Origin: an uncultured virus (IMG/VR IMGVR_UViG_3300015366_000220)
Lineage: Duplodnaviria; Heunggongvirae; Uroviricota; Caudoviricetes
Direction: 5' to 3' (one strand)
Virus record (IMG/VR): IMGVR_UViG_3300015366_000220
DNA length: 64,000 nucleotides
In this document: positions 17,846-28,369 of the stretch, piece by piece
How the letters are laid out: the number at the start of each line of letters is the position of its first letter
Numbering within the stretch: the stretch's first letter is position 1
Program-made: the position numbers and the translations under genes
The notes under the pieces: model-generated
What the model was told of the DNA's origin: nothing
Seen by the model: only the letters and a program-made list of their open reading frames with translations
Database searches by the model: none

Positions 17846-20307
17846 GAAGAAGCATCTTTATTCTTACGTGCAATATCATATGCTGTTGTTAATAATGCCT
17901 GTTTCTTTATTGCCTCATTCGGATGATTAATGAATTTACTAACCATATGCATAGGCACTTGTCTATGGGATAGAGCATTAGTTACTACTATTGGATGTTC
18001 ATCACTTAATGCTTTCTCAAAGTGAGCATCGGTTAAATGTAACCTAGCCATAGGATTTCCAAATACAGAGCTTTTAACTCCCGGATCAGGATGATTTAAT
18101 ATAGCATTGATATGCTCCTTATTTATATTTCCATAAGAAGCAACATTACGTCTTATAGCAGGATTACTGTGATTTAGTAATTTTGATAAATGATGGGCTT
18201 TTAATCTTGGATCGGTTATAGCTGATGGACTCATTACGAAATTAGATGCCCTATCATTCATATTCATGACATGATCAACAGCTGTATCCATGTGTTTATC
18301 TTTAAAATGTTGTGAATGCATAGCACGATTTACTCTCATATGAGTAGGAACACTTAACATTTTATCAATGACATCACTATTAGCATTTTCATGTTTGGCT
18401 ACAACATCGCTTAGATCATCGTGTTTATCATCCAATGCTGTCATCAAATTATCAACTGATGCATGGGAGCTGCTCAATGCACGGGTTTTGATTGTTGTTC
18501 CATTTTCTGGATTGCGGAGCATCATATCTACGTGTTTTGATGATAAATTAGGATTTAACGCAGCATTAAATCTAGTCTCATGATCTGGATGTGTTACTGC
18601 TTTTTCCAAATCATCACCTTTTAATAATGGGCTTTTCCCAGCAAACACTCGTACTGGGAGTAATGGATTATCCAATCCTTTCAACATATGCTCTTTGGTT
18701 GCATTTTTATGCATAATCGCATGTTCTCGTATCGATGGTTCAGAATCAGATAATAATTTATCTATATGATGTGGGGCAAGATTCTTGACTGCATCAACAA
18801 CTTGAAATCTGACTTTAGATGATGGGTCGCTTACCAATTTATCAACATCATTGTTTGTCAATTTCTCATGCTGTCTATAAACAGCAGCTGCCCTAACATC
18901 ATCACTAGTATCATTGATTGCTTTCTGCGCATTTTCCACTGATGCACCTCTATGCACGGCAGCATCCTTTCTAACCTCAACACTATGATCATTTAATGCT
19001 TTATCTATATTGGCTGGTGATGAATGTGGCGATCTTATTGCTTTTTGTCTCACCTCAACATTACGATCATCTAATGCGGTATCTATGTGGTGTGATGTGA
19101 TATTAGGATTTCTCATAACAACCATTTTATCATCATAATCTGCTTCACTATGTTTATCTTTGTTAGATAGGATATTTGTTATGTGTTTACTATCCAAATT
19201 AGTATGAAGTAATGCAACATTACGTAAATTACGATCTCCCCATTTATCATTCATGATATTATCCAGAACTTCTTTTGGCGTATTACTATTATATAACGCC
19301 TGTTTTCTTACTGCTACGCTTCGGTCATTTTTCACCACATGGGATATTTGTTCTGGTGTGATTTTATCATGGGTGGCAGCAGTCAGTCTAAGCTGTTCAT
19401 CTGGGTCATTGAGAGCAATACCCACATGTTCAGATGTTGCCTTTGGATGATTGAGTGCCGCCTTTTTGATTCTGTAATGCTTTGCTTCTTCTGATCCAGT
19501 ACTGTTCTCTGGTAATTTTTGATTCAATATATTAGTTAAATCTTTCTCTCCGACAGCTGGATGTATTTTTTGTGTCGGTGCATTATCATTGTATACGGAT
19601 GGGTTTATGGTATAAAGTACGTTGCCCCCTTTATGTTTACCGGATAATTTATCTGCAACTTTACTCATTTCATCCATAAACCCCTGATGCCTTATTCCAT
19701 AATGGGAATTTATGGCATGCATAGTATGTCCTTCTTCATTGTGATATGGATGGAAAGTGGTTCTGGCTATTTCTTTACCTGTATGATCTTTCAAATAACC
19801 AACTACAGTACCTTCCTCTACTTCGTTTTCCAGATAATCCCTGTTGCATCCGTTTTCGAAATTCTTACATGATTCGTTTTCCCATGATTGACCACCTGAT
19901 GTTTGACCAGCCACACGATGTGGATGTCTGGATACATGCACAGTCATTCCTGTGTATTTTTTCCCTTGTCTAGTAGTATCATTAGCAAAGTCATTAATCA
20001 GATCTTGGTTTGCCTTTGTTTTGGTGAGCAACCCACCAATTCTAACAGATCTACCGTGCTTATCTTTGGTCATACCACCCTTATATTCTTCTGGTGATAT
20101 TGTGGCACCAAGATGCTCTTCAACTCTTTTATGTACTTCGGATTTGTCTTGAGTTCCTTCTAATGGATATTCTATATCGTGATTACCCTCACCAAAGTAA
20201 TGATCTGTATGGGATAATGTCTTTTTTGTAGGCATAGCCCAACTATCAACATCGTTCTTCTGTTCTGGTGTTAATTCTTCGGTTATAAATTTTTTGAAAG
20301 TTTTCAT
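17842..20307 (-). CDS. Putative capsid-packaged protein, paralog 3: conserved ~250-aa N-domain plus HEAT/LRV-like repeats (821 aa)
   Basis: MKTFKKFITEEL N-terminus; repeats of type IDKALND..VEVR..A..H.NA. Confidence 0.75.
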   Translation of the reverse strand: MKTFKKFITEELTPEQKNDVDSWAMPTKKTLSHTDHYFGEGNHDIEYPLEGTQDKSEVHKRVEEHLGATISPEEYKGGMTKDKHGRSVRIGGLLTKTKANQDLINDFANDTTRQGKKYTGMTVHVSRHPHRVAGQTSGGQSWENESCKNFENGCNRDYLENEVEEGTVVGYLKDHTGKEIARTTFHPYHNEEGHTMHAINSHYGIRHQGFMDEMSKVADKLSGKHKGGNVLYTINPSVYNDNAPTQKIHPAVGEKDLTNILNQKLPENSTGSEEAKHYRIKKAALNHPKATSEHVGIALNDPDEQLRLTAATHDKITPEQISHVVKNDRSVAVRKQALYNSNTPKEVLDNIMNDKWGDRNLRNVALLHTNLDSKHITNILSNKDKHSEADYDDKMVVMRNPNITSHHIDTALDDRNVEVRQKAIRSPHSSPANIDKALNDHSVEVRKDAAVHRGASVENAQKAINDTSDDVRAAAVYRQHEKLTNNDVDKLVSDPSSKVRFQVVDAVKNLAPHHIDKLLSDSEPSIREHAIMHKNATKEHMLKGLDNPLLPVRVFAGKSPLLKGDDLEKAVTHPDHETRFNAALNPNLSSKHVDMMLRNPENGTTIKTRALSSSHASVDNLMTALDDKHDDLSDVVAKHENANSDVIDKMLSVPTHMRVNRAMHSQHFKDKHMDTAVDHVMNMNDRASNFVMSPSAITDPRLKAHHLSKLLNHSNPAIRRNVASYGNINKEHINAILNHPDPGVKSSVFGNPMARLHLTDAHFEKALSDEHPIVVTNALSHRQVPMHMVSKFINHPNEAIKKQALLTTAYDIARKNKDASS

Positions 20308-20310
20308 TGG

Positions 20311-22770
20311 TTAATTTCCAAAATGATTAACATGGGTTTTTGCTGCAAAACTTATATCTTTATCTGGATGATTTATCAGTGGAGATACCAAATCTGCTGG
20401 TGTACGTGAATGAGTTAGTGCGCTTAATACCACAGCTTTAGATCTATCATGTAATGCAGTGTTAAAATTATCTCGTGAGATATTAGGTACAGATGAATAA
20501 TTACTGAATATACTTGCTCTTGTTAGAGCATTTTTTGATCCTAATATCTTGGTGATATGATCATTATTTAGGTTGTATCCATTTGCCCCAACTAAGGAAT
20601 GTATAGCAGAATCTTTATGTGTTAACAATTTATCAATATGTTGTGGTTTGATTGCTGGTGATGCCAACATATTAACAACACCTTCATGCTCACTCGTAGG
20701 TACTGTGTCGTGCTTCATGAAATTATCTATTGCATGATCAATGTGTCTGCTGGTTAAAGAATGCACACTATGATAATTTGTTGATCTTAATGCTTTATTA
20801 CGTGCAGCCACATGTGGGGAATCTATCATATGGAAAATATGATCTGATCTAAATGATGGATGATTCATAACTTCTTGGCTCAAATCATCTTCCGGATCTC
20901 TCAGTGCTTTTGTTAAATTATCTGGTGTTGCATTATTATTTTCTACAGCAGCACGTTTAACTGATATATGATTATCATTTAATGCTTTGTGTATGTTTTC
21001 TTCTGTTGCATTGACATTTGATGCCGCTGCCATTCTGACATGATGGTGTTCATCATTCAGTGCATGGTGGATTACTTCTGGATCTTTTGTCCATTTTGCG
21101 GCTTTGGCTCTGGTAGATGTGTCACTACTATTCAATGCTGTCATGAAGTTGTCTTTGGTTGCATTTTTATGTTGTAATGCATATGTGCGAACAAAATCAT
21201 TTTCATCTTTAAGTGCTTTATCTATATGTCTTGGGGTTAAATCCCCACGATACACCATGTTATATCTGACTGATGTATTATTGTCCGATAATGCTTTATC
21301 TATTTGTTCTGACGTGAATTTACGAGCATTGGCATTTATCATACGGGATTTAACACCAAATGATTCATCATTAAGTGCTTTATCTATGTGGTGCGGTAAT
21401 ACATTTGGGTTTGAGGCTGCTTCTGCCCTAACTGACTCACTCTTGTCTGCCAATCCCTGATCAATTTGTTTAGATGTTGCAGATGGATGTGAAACAGCAG
21501 CACCTCTCACTTCATGAAGGTGAGGATCCTTCATAGCAATATCAATATGTTCAGATGTGATGCGTGGATTTTTGAGCACACTGACTTTATCTTCATGATA
21601 AACAAATTTATCATTTAATACATCATTTATTTTTTGTGTTGATAAATTGGGATGACGCAATACCATATGGCGCACAGTACTATTAAAAATAGATGGGTCA
21701 TTACTATTCATTGTCTTGTCATACACTTTATCTAAAGTATTACTTGACATATTTTTATTTTTTATAGCAGCATGCACTACCATATCATTATTATCTTTTT
21801 CTATCACATTATCCAATTGTTGCGCAGTAGCTTTTGGGTGTAATGCTGCTTCATGTCTGATATTAGGATCGCTGTCATTGAATGCTATATCAAGATGTTT
21901 ATCCGTTACCTTTGGATCATTAAGTGCGGTTATTTTATTTTTCTGTACTTTATGTATTGATGAGAACCCAACTCCAGTTGGTTTTGATGTAAGGATGTTG
22001 GTTATATCATCTGATGTTGCAGATGGGTGTATGGCTTGTGTTTTGTTGTTATCGTTATACACTTTCGGGTGTATTGTGTACATCAAATCACCACTCTTAT
22101 GCTCACCAGAAAGTTGATCAGCAACCTTTTCCATTTCATCCATAAATCCTTGGTGTTTTATTCCATAATGGGAATTTGTCCTATACATGACACGCTTCTT
22201 ATCATTAACATATGGCTGGAAAGTGGTTCTGGCGATTTCTTTACCTGTATGATCTTTTAGATATCCCACCACAGTTCCATTAGCAACTTCATCTTTTAGG
22301 TAATGTTTATTCATGCCAGTATCAAAATTCTTACATGACTCTTGCGCCCATGATTGATTTGATGTCTGACCAGCTACATCATGTGGATGTCTTGATATAT
22401 GAACAGTTAATCCTGAGAATTTCTTACCCTGCCTAGTAGTATCATTAGCAAAATTATTGATCAACTCTGGGCTGGCTTTTGATTTTGCTAATAATCCACC
22501 AATTCTAGTTTTTCTTCCATATTTGTCTTCAGCCACTCCCTGTTTATAATCTTCTGGTGATATTTGTGAACCAAGATGTTGTTCAATTTTTTTATGTATT
22601 TCGGATTTATCTTCTGAACCTTCCAGAGGATAGGTTTTTACATGATTACCTTCACCAAAGTAATGATCTGTATGGGATAATGTCTTTTTTGTAGGCATAG
22701 TCCAAGAGTCAACTGCACTCTTTTGTGTGTCATTTAATTCTTCTGCTAGAAATGTTTTGAATGTCTTCAT
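20311..22770 (-). CDS. Putative capsid-packaged protein, paralog 2 (819 aa)
   Basis: MKTFKTFLAEEL; same N-domain (HISRHPHDVAGQTS..SW..ESCKNF) and HEAT-like repeats. Confidence 0.75.
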   Translation of the reverse strand: MKTFKTFLAEELNDTQKSAVDSWTMPTKKTLSHTDHYFGEGNHVKTYPLEGSEDKSEIHKKIEQHLGSQISPEDYKQGVAEDKYGRKTRIGGLLAKSKASPELINNFANDTTRQGKKFSGLTVHISRHPHDVAGQTSNQSWAQESCKNFDTGMNKHYLKDEVANGTVVGYLKDHTGKEIARTTFQPYVNDKKRVMYRTNSHYGIKHQGFMDEMEKVADQLSGEHKSGDLMYTIHPKVYNDNNKTQAIHPSATSDDITNILTSKPTGVGFSSIHKVQKNKITALNDPKVTDKHLDIAFNDSDPNIRHEAALHPKATAQQLDNVIEKDNNDMVVHAAIKNKNMSSNTLDKVYDKTMNSNDPSIFNSTVRHMVLRHPNLSTQKINDVLNDKFVYHEDKVSVLKNPRITSEHIDIAMKDPHLHEVRGAAVSHPSATSKQIDQGLADKSESVRAEAASNPNVLPHHIDKALNDESFGVKSRMINANARKFTSEQIDKALSDNNTSVRYNMVYRGDLTPRHIDKALKDENDFVRTYALQHKNATKDNFMTALNSSDTSTRAKAAKWTKDPEVIHHALNDEHHHVRMAAASNVNATEENIHKALNDNHISVKRAAVENNNATPDNLTKALRDPEDDLSQEVMNHPSFRSDHIFHMIDSPHVAARNKALRSTNYHSVHSLTSRHIDHAIDNFMKHDTVPTSEHEGVVNMLASPAIKPQHIDKLLTHKDSAIHSLVGANGYNLNNDHITKILGSKNALTRASIFSNYSSVPNISRDNFNTALHDRSKAVVLSALTHSRTPADLVSPLINHPDKDISFAAKTHVNHFGN

Positions 22771-22785
22771 GATTTTTTTGATACC

Positions 22786-24363
22786 TTAATCTAAAAATCG
22801 TTGGGCATATGTTGATACGTCATCATGCGGAGATTTTGTTGCAAATTTGTATTGTTCTGGTGTTACTTTAGTGCCTAATAAAGCAGCATATTGCACACCC
22901 TTATCTGGATGGCGTAATGCCTTGTCTATATTTTCTTTACTTATATTATCACTATACATGGCATTTGTAGATAGTCGAATATTCCATGGAGTAGGAGGAC
23001 CACTCAACACATGATTTATGTGTTCAGGTGTAATGTTTCTGTTATGTATTGCTGTTTCCGCAGTAGTATAATTATCACCATTTATTGCTTTGAATAAGTT
23101 ATCGGATGAGGCATTGGAGTGACTAGCTGCAACCGTTCTTGCTCTGATATTATTACTACTTAATAGTTTATCTATGTGTTTGGGTGTTAGATTTCTATTT
23201 GTGGCTATTTCCTCAAGATCCTCTGGTTTGCGTGGATTATCTATTACACTATCAATTCTATCTTTTGGGAAATTATCATGATTCAATGCATATTGGCGAA
23301 CAAGATCATTATTGATGTGTTTATCATATAAATGAGATACTTGTTTTTCGGATAATGCATTTGGTGTAGATAATAATTCTGTCGTAACTTGTGGATGTTT
23401 ACTGTTCATAGCCATTTCTATATGGCTTTGTGTTAGTTTATTATCTCTAGCTAGATTACGTATAACATGACTACTCAATACTCCATTCTTATCACTGGAT
23501 AATATATCATTGATGTGCTTATTTGTTATCTTAGGATGATTCAATGCAGAAACTTTAATGTGATCTGATGCACCAGAATTCAATACATCGGTTAATTGTT
23601 TACTACTAATTGCTGGATGTAATATTGTGTGTGGTTTATTATCATTATATACTTCATCATGTATGCGATGAAGTATACTACCACCTTTATGCTCACCGGA
23701 TAATTGTGTAGCCACTTTACCCATTTCGTCCATAAATCCTTGATGCCTTATTCCATAATGTGAGTTTACTGCATATGCCACATCTCCCTCATTATTAATA
23801 TGAGGTTGGAAAGTGGTTCTAGCTATCTCTTTGCCTGTATGATCCTTTAAGTACCCAACTACAGTTCCATTAGCAACTTCTGCTCGTAAATAATCTTTAT
23901 GTAATCCGCTATTGAAATTCTTGCATGACTCTTGCGCCCATGACTGATTGCCTGATGTCTGACCAGCTATATCATGTGGATGTCTTGATATATGAACCGT
24001 CAATCCACTATATGCTTTACCTTGTCTGGTAGTATCATTAGCAAAATTATTGATCAATTCTTGACTGGCTTTTGTTCTAGTAAGCAATCCACCTATTTTA
24101 GCCTTTCTTCCATATTTGTCTTCAGCTACACCCTGTTTATAATCATCTGGTGATATCGTAATACCAAGATGATGTTCTGTTGCTTTATGTGTTTCTGATT
24201 TATCTTGAGTGCCTTCCAATGGATAGGTTTTTACATGATTACCTTCACCAAAATAATGATCCGTATGAGCAAGAACATCACTATCCGGCTTTTCCCAAGA
24301 ATCAACTTTTTGTTTTTCTGTCGGGGATAATTCTTCTTTAATGAATTGTAAAAATTTCTTCAT
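22786..24363 (-). CDS. Putative capsid-packaged protein, paralog 1 (525 aa)
   Basis: MKKFLQFIKEEL; same N-domain with fewer repeats; start overlaps the gp3 stop. Confidence 0.75.
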   Translation of the reverse strand: MKKFLQFIKEELSPTEKQKVDSWEKPDSDVLAHTDHYFGEGNHVKTYPLEGTQDKSETHKATEHHLGITISPDDYKQGVAEDKYGRKAKIGGLLTRTKASQELINNFANDTTRQGKAYSGLTVHISRHPHDIAGQTSGNQSWAQESCKNFNSGLHKDYLRAEVANGTVVGYLKDHTGKEIARTTFQPHINNEGDVAYAVNSHYGIRHQGFMDEMGKVATQLSGEHKGGSILHRIHDEVYNDNKPHTILHPAISSKQLTDVLNSGASDHIKVSALNHPKITNKHINDILSSDKNGVLSSHVIRNLARDNKLTQSHIEMAMNSKHPQVTTELLSTPNALSEKQVSHLYDKHINNDLVRQYALNHDNFPKDRIDSVIDNPRKPEDLEEIATNRNLTPKHIDKLLSSNNIRARTVAASHSNASSDNLFKAINGDNYTTAETAIHNRNITPEHINHVLSGPPTPWNIRLSTNAMYSDNISKENIDKALRHPDKGVQYAALLGTKVTPEQYKFATKSPHDDVSTYAQRFLD

Positions 24364-24905
24364 TTAATCCTCTCATAATCATAATATGAAAATCTAAACG
24401 ATGCCTCTGCTGTTATTATATTTTCTGCTGTATCACCAGTATTAAATATTATTGTGGATAAATTTGTAGGAAAAATATCTATTAATTTTATCCTGAAATT
24501 GGCATTATTCTTATTTGTGTATAAAGTCAATATCGCATCTGAATATTGTGCTTTTTGTTTGAATTCTTTACGGAATGCTGCTCCTGATGATTGTTTGGTT
24601 AGATTCATATATTCTTTAAAATCTGTAGGGAAAGTCAATCCCCTCATCCAATCATGTATCTCAGTCCATGCAAGCAAGTCTTCATCAACTAGAAATGTTA
24701 TATTAAATGTATCATATACCAACTTATCACCAACCATATACAAATCTACAAATGGGGTTTGTCTTGGAACTTCGGTGAGAGATATACCTGGGAAGTTGGC
24801 AGACTGGCAAAAATATGTCATTGTCGGCAATCTCTCAAAAGTTAACCTAAACTTTGTAGATTGCAGCAAATCTGTGTTCTTCGGATTTCGGTTTACTGTT
24901 GTCAT
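24360..24905 (-). CDS. 3: Tail completion/sheath stabiliser gp3
   Basis: YFCQSANFPGISL, FLVDEDL..W.EIHDW, FPTNLS; follows gp23 as in many T4-like phages. Confidence 0.88.
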   Translation of the reverse strand: MTTVNRNPKNTDLLQSTKFRLTFERLPTMTYFCQSANFPGISLTEVPRQTPFVDLYMVGDKLVYDTFNITFLVDEDLLAWTEIHDWMRGLTFPTDFKEYMNLTKQSSGAAFRKEFKQKAQYSDAILTLYTNKNNANFRIKLIDIFPTNLSTIIFNTGDTAENIITAEASFRFSYYDYERIK

Positions 24906-24956
24906 TAATGTTTTCCCAATTAATCTATATATTTAGTAAACATGAAGTGATCAGAC

Positions 24957-24983
24957 AAAAAATGGGGGAGCGAACTCCCCCAT
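24957..24983 (-). terminator. Rho-independent terminator of gp23
   Basis: ATGGGGGAG-TTCG-CTCCCCCAT followed by a T run; UUCG tetraloop typical of T4-like phages. Confidence 0.9.
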
Positions 24984-25043
24984 CTAAACTTATCACATAT
25001 TATTGTTATTATCTTGTGATATCTGTTTACCAAGCAACCCTTA

Positions 25044-26375
25044 TTACTGTTGAATATTAAGGACTTGGAACTTGCGATAATACTTGTTGGTATTGTTTGA
25101 AACAACACCATCTTTATTATCTGTTGCAAATGGGTTTGCAACTAAGCCATAACGTGTCTTGAACCCAACCTTTGGCTGATAGGTTGTTGGGTCAATAGCG
25201 CGTACCATTTGTAGCGGTACGTATGGGCAATAGAACAGACCAGAGTCATATGGGTTTTGACCCTTATAACCAACGCAAACAAAGTCTGATCCAGTCACTG
25301 AGTACGGATCAACAAACACTTTGATACGTCCGAATAGAACACCAGCAAATGTATTGCCAGTATCATCAACGGCTAAGTTTGTTTGACCAGTTAGTGCTGA
25401 ATTGTAATCCAATAGACCAGTCATTGATAGAGCTGATGCTACGTCTGTAGAGACGATTAGCATGTTGCCCTTACCACGACGAGTATCTTTGGCGATCTTG
25501 TTAGCTGCACGTTCTACGGCAAATAGCAAGGTCTTATACTTTTCAACAGCCCAACGACCAGAAGTACCAGTGTCAGGAACATTGGTTGCACTTAGGTTGA
25601 AGGATGCAGTAGCAGAGCTTACGATACCTAGATTTGCACTTACGATAACCTTACGAACAACTTCACGGTTGATTTCAGCAAGAATTTCTGTTGACAAGAT
25701 ATTTGTCAATTCAGTTTCTGCATCTAAACCATGGATTGCCTTTAGGTCTTGTGCCAATTCTAGTGTGTAAGAAGCTTGCAACCCACGAGTTGTTGCAGTA
25801 ACAGGAACACGGTCGATTTGGAAGCCCATGTAGTTAAGAATTGAATCTTCACCAGCACTTGTTGCCATACCACCACCAGTATTGGCTGTACCAAATACTG
25901 CTGTGTTAGCAACGTTTTGGCTCATATCAACATAAGCAGTACCGAAACCACTATTAGCACCAGAATAACCAGTGTTGGCTTCTGGGAATAATGCTTCTGT
26001 TCCTCTAGTTGTTGCATCAGCATAGGTTGAGCGCATAGCGAAAATCAAACCAGTAGGACCAGTCATTGGCTGAACGCCGCAGATGTCATAGGCCATTAGG
26101 TTTGGTAGGGAACGACGAACCAATCCGATTAGAATTGGATCAAAACCCTTGATACCACCTTCGCCGCCAACTACAGGAGACATACCACCAGCAACAGAGT
26201 TAGCTGGAGATTCCCATAGGTTTTGCATGCTACGTGATTCTTCTCTTAGGGCAACTTCTTGATTTTCGAGAACTAGAGCAGTTACTGCTCTCTTATAGTG
26301 ATCTGTGATCTTTGGGAGTTCAGGATGATCAAGAACTGGTGCCCACTTTTTTGCATATTGTTCATTTAAATACAT
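25044..26375 (-). CDS. 23: Major capsid protein gp23
   Basis: KWAPVLDH, VQPMTGPTGLIFAMR, ELAQDLKAIHGLDAE, FYCPYVPL, GFKTRYG. Confidence 0.98.
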   Translation of the reverse strand: MYLNEQYAKKWAPVLDHPELPKITDHYKRAVTALVLENQEVALREESRSMQNLWESPANSVAGGMSPVVGGEGGIKGFDPILIGLVRRSLPNLMAYDICGVQPMTGPTGLIFAMRSTYADATTRGTEALFPEANTGYSGANSGFGTAYVDMSQNVANTAVFGTANTGGGMATSAGEDSILNYMGFQIDRVPVTATTRGLQASYTLELAQDLKAIHGLDAETELTNILSTEILAEINREVVRKVIVSANLGIVSSATASFNLSATNVPDTGTSGRWAVEKYKTLLFAVERAANKIAKDTRRGKGNMLIVSTDVASALSMTGLLDYNSALTGQTNLAVDDTGNTFAGVLFGRIKVFVDPYSVTGSDFVCVGYKGQNPYDSGLFYCPYVPLQMVRAIDPTTYQPKVGFKTRYGLVANPFATDNKDGVVSNNTNKYYRKFQVLNIQQ

Positions 26376-26399
26376 TTTTGTTTCCTCAGTTCTTTCCGA

Positions 26400-27488
26400 T
26401 TAAAATTTCGGATTTGTTTTAGTAATTGCACTTACATAATGTGCCATAATGCCAGATATTTCTGCTTCTACTTCTGGCTGTTCAATTGTTGTTTCTTGAA
26501 TAGCCTTTACCTCACTCTTCACAGTTGTCTTTGATGGGAAGTAGTTTTCACGAATTGTCGTGAGTTTATTAATATAATCACCCTCTGTGGTGAACTCCAC
26601 GCCCTCTGCAAGCGATTTCATTTTGCCAACTTGTACTTCGGTTAAACCTTCACAAATTTTGCGAATACTTTCATTCTTCTTTGCTGTATGCAATTCTTCT
26701 GTTACCTTGACCAATTCTTCTTCACGAGCAGCAATAGTGTCTTGCATTTCGATGACTTGACTTGCTAATTCTTCTGCAACGTCAACCTTAGAATCAGGGA
26801 TTTCAATGTAATGTTCAGCAAATACGTTCTTCAAGCTAACTAGAAGATCTTCTGAAATTTCAGCGCGTAGACCCCTTTCGATGGCAACTTGATTTTCCTT
26901 CATCCATTCCTCAACAACATAATTCAAATATGAATCAACTTGTTCAGACAATTCGGATGTGATACCTTCAATTGCTTCATCGATGATCTTGTCATTATCA
27001 GACAATACATCTTCTACGATAGATTCAACTCTGCTTTGTACAGCAGCTTCGAATATAACAGTAGCTTTGGTTCTAAAATCTTCTGATAAAGACTCACCGT
27101 TGAATAATGCATTTACATCTTCAACCATTGAGCCTTTACGTGCATTGACCTTTTCTCTAATCCAATTCTTCTTTTCTTGTGTGACATCTTGCACAGATGT
27201 TTCTTCACCTTGAAGATTGGTTCCGATTGGAGCCACCACTGGCTGTGCCAATCCTTGAGTTGTTGGGTTTCCTTCCTTGTCACCTTCTGTTGAAGTCTGA
27301 CCTGGTTTTGGTGCTTCGGCTACTCCAGCAGCAGCAGCGGAACCTACACCTTCCCCACCTGGGTTTTCGGTAGTTGCGCCACCTAAATCTTGGACACCCG
27401 CGTTTACTACTTGCTGTGGTTCTTCTTGTTTAGTTGCAATTGAAGCTTGAAGAATTTCAGCAGCTGATTCAGATAATGTTTTTGCCAT
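26400..27488 (-). CDS. 22: Prohead core scaffold gp22
   Basis: LSEDFRTKATVIFEAAV, VDSYLNYVVEEW, TIRENYF; TATAAATA late promoter upstream. Confidence 0.93.
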   Translation of the reverse strand: MAKTLSESAAEILQASIATKQEEPQQVVNAGVQDLGGATTENPGGEGVGSAAAAGVAEAPKPGQTSTEGDKEGNPTTQGLAQPVVAPIGTNLQGEETSVQDVTQEKKNWIREKVNARKGSMVEDVNALFNGESLSEDFRTKATVIFEAAVQSRVESIVEDVLSDNDKIIDEAIEGITSELSEQVDSYLNYVVEEWMKENQVAIERGLRAEISEDLLVSLKNVFAEHYIEIPDSKVDVAEELASQVIEMQDTIAAREEELVKVTEELHTAKKNESIRKICEGLTEVQVGKMKSLAEGVEFTTEGDYINKLTTIRENYFPSKTTVKSEVKAIQETTIEQPEVEAEISGIMAHYVSAITKTNPKF

Positions 27489-27556
27489 TTGTTAAACTCC
27501 TAAAGAGATATGTTTATTTATAAAAATTAAAATTTTGACAACGTTTTGTTGTCATA

Positions 27557-28363
27557 TCAGCCGCTGTGACTGCTTCGTTTGATATTCGATATCATTTTAC
27601 ATTTATTGAAATGATATCTAACCATTGCAGGTTTTCCTCCAGTTTTTAAACAATGTGGGCATGTTACTTGCTCCTTTGGTTGTTTAAATAACATAGATAT
27701 TTTTGGATCTTTCATTGGATTATTTATAATCATGCGTTCTCTGCTTAAACTGTCAATATATTCTCTGTTTAATTGAAAGTTGTGAGCTTTTGTTGCTAAA
27801 AGATCCTTTTGTTTCGCTGATGCTGATACCCTATTGGATATTTTATTCATGGGATTATCCTGTATAAACCTCAATTTACCAGCATTTTTTCTTTTTTCTA
27901 TTGTTTCTTTATTTTGAAAATTATGAGAACCAAAAGAAAGTTGTTCCTTGCATTTATTTTTCCTCATTATTCGAATGGATTCTTTCTTTGATGGATTATT
28001 TTCGCTTAAATAGCGTTTACCATCAGCAGACTTCATCCAATTTTGATCGCTTCTTCTTTTTCTTTCATTTTCGGATTTTGCTGGATTTAAATCTCCTGTT
28101 GCGAACCCGACACTAGTATTATTGAAGTTCATATTAAACTCATTATCAATATTTTTAATTATTTCATTTTGTTCAGCTAAAATTAATTCGTCAAAAGAAT
28201 TATAATATCCAATAATTTCTCTTGATAATTTAGATTTATCTTTTATGGATCTGATCCATTTACCAGAACCCAGATATCCATCTTGTTCATTTTCTGTACT
28301 GTGTCTTCCTATATAATATTTACCAGATTCAGTATGCGTTGTTTTATATATAAAATGGATCAT
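27557..28363 (-). CDS. Free-standing GIY-YIG (Seg-like) homing endonuclease
   Basis: FIYKTT...YYIGRHST...DGYLGSG; NPM repeats; C-terminal CPHC..H..C zinc ribbon. Confidence 0.85.
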   Translation of the reverse strand: MIHFIYKTTHTESGKYYIGRHSTENEQDGYLGSGKWIRSIKDKSKLSREIIGYYNSFDELILAEQNEIIKNIDNEFNMNFNNTSVGFATGDLNPAKSENERKRRSDQNWMKSADGKRYLSENNPSKKESIRIMRKNKCKEQLSFGSHNFQNKETIEKRKNAGKLRFIQDNPMNKISNRVSASAKQKDLLATKAHNFQLNREYIDSLSRERMIINNPMKDPKISMLFKQPKEQVTCPHCLKTGGKPAMVRYHFNKCKMISNIKRSSHSG

Positions 28364-28369
28364 TTTTTT

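Noticed and set aside
24920..25141. 73-aa minus-strand ORF after gp23
   Set aside because: Overlaps the gp23 end and runs through its terminator; no RBS evident
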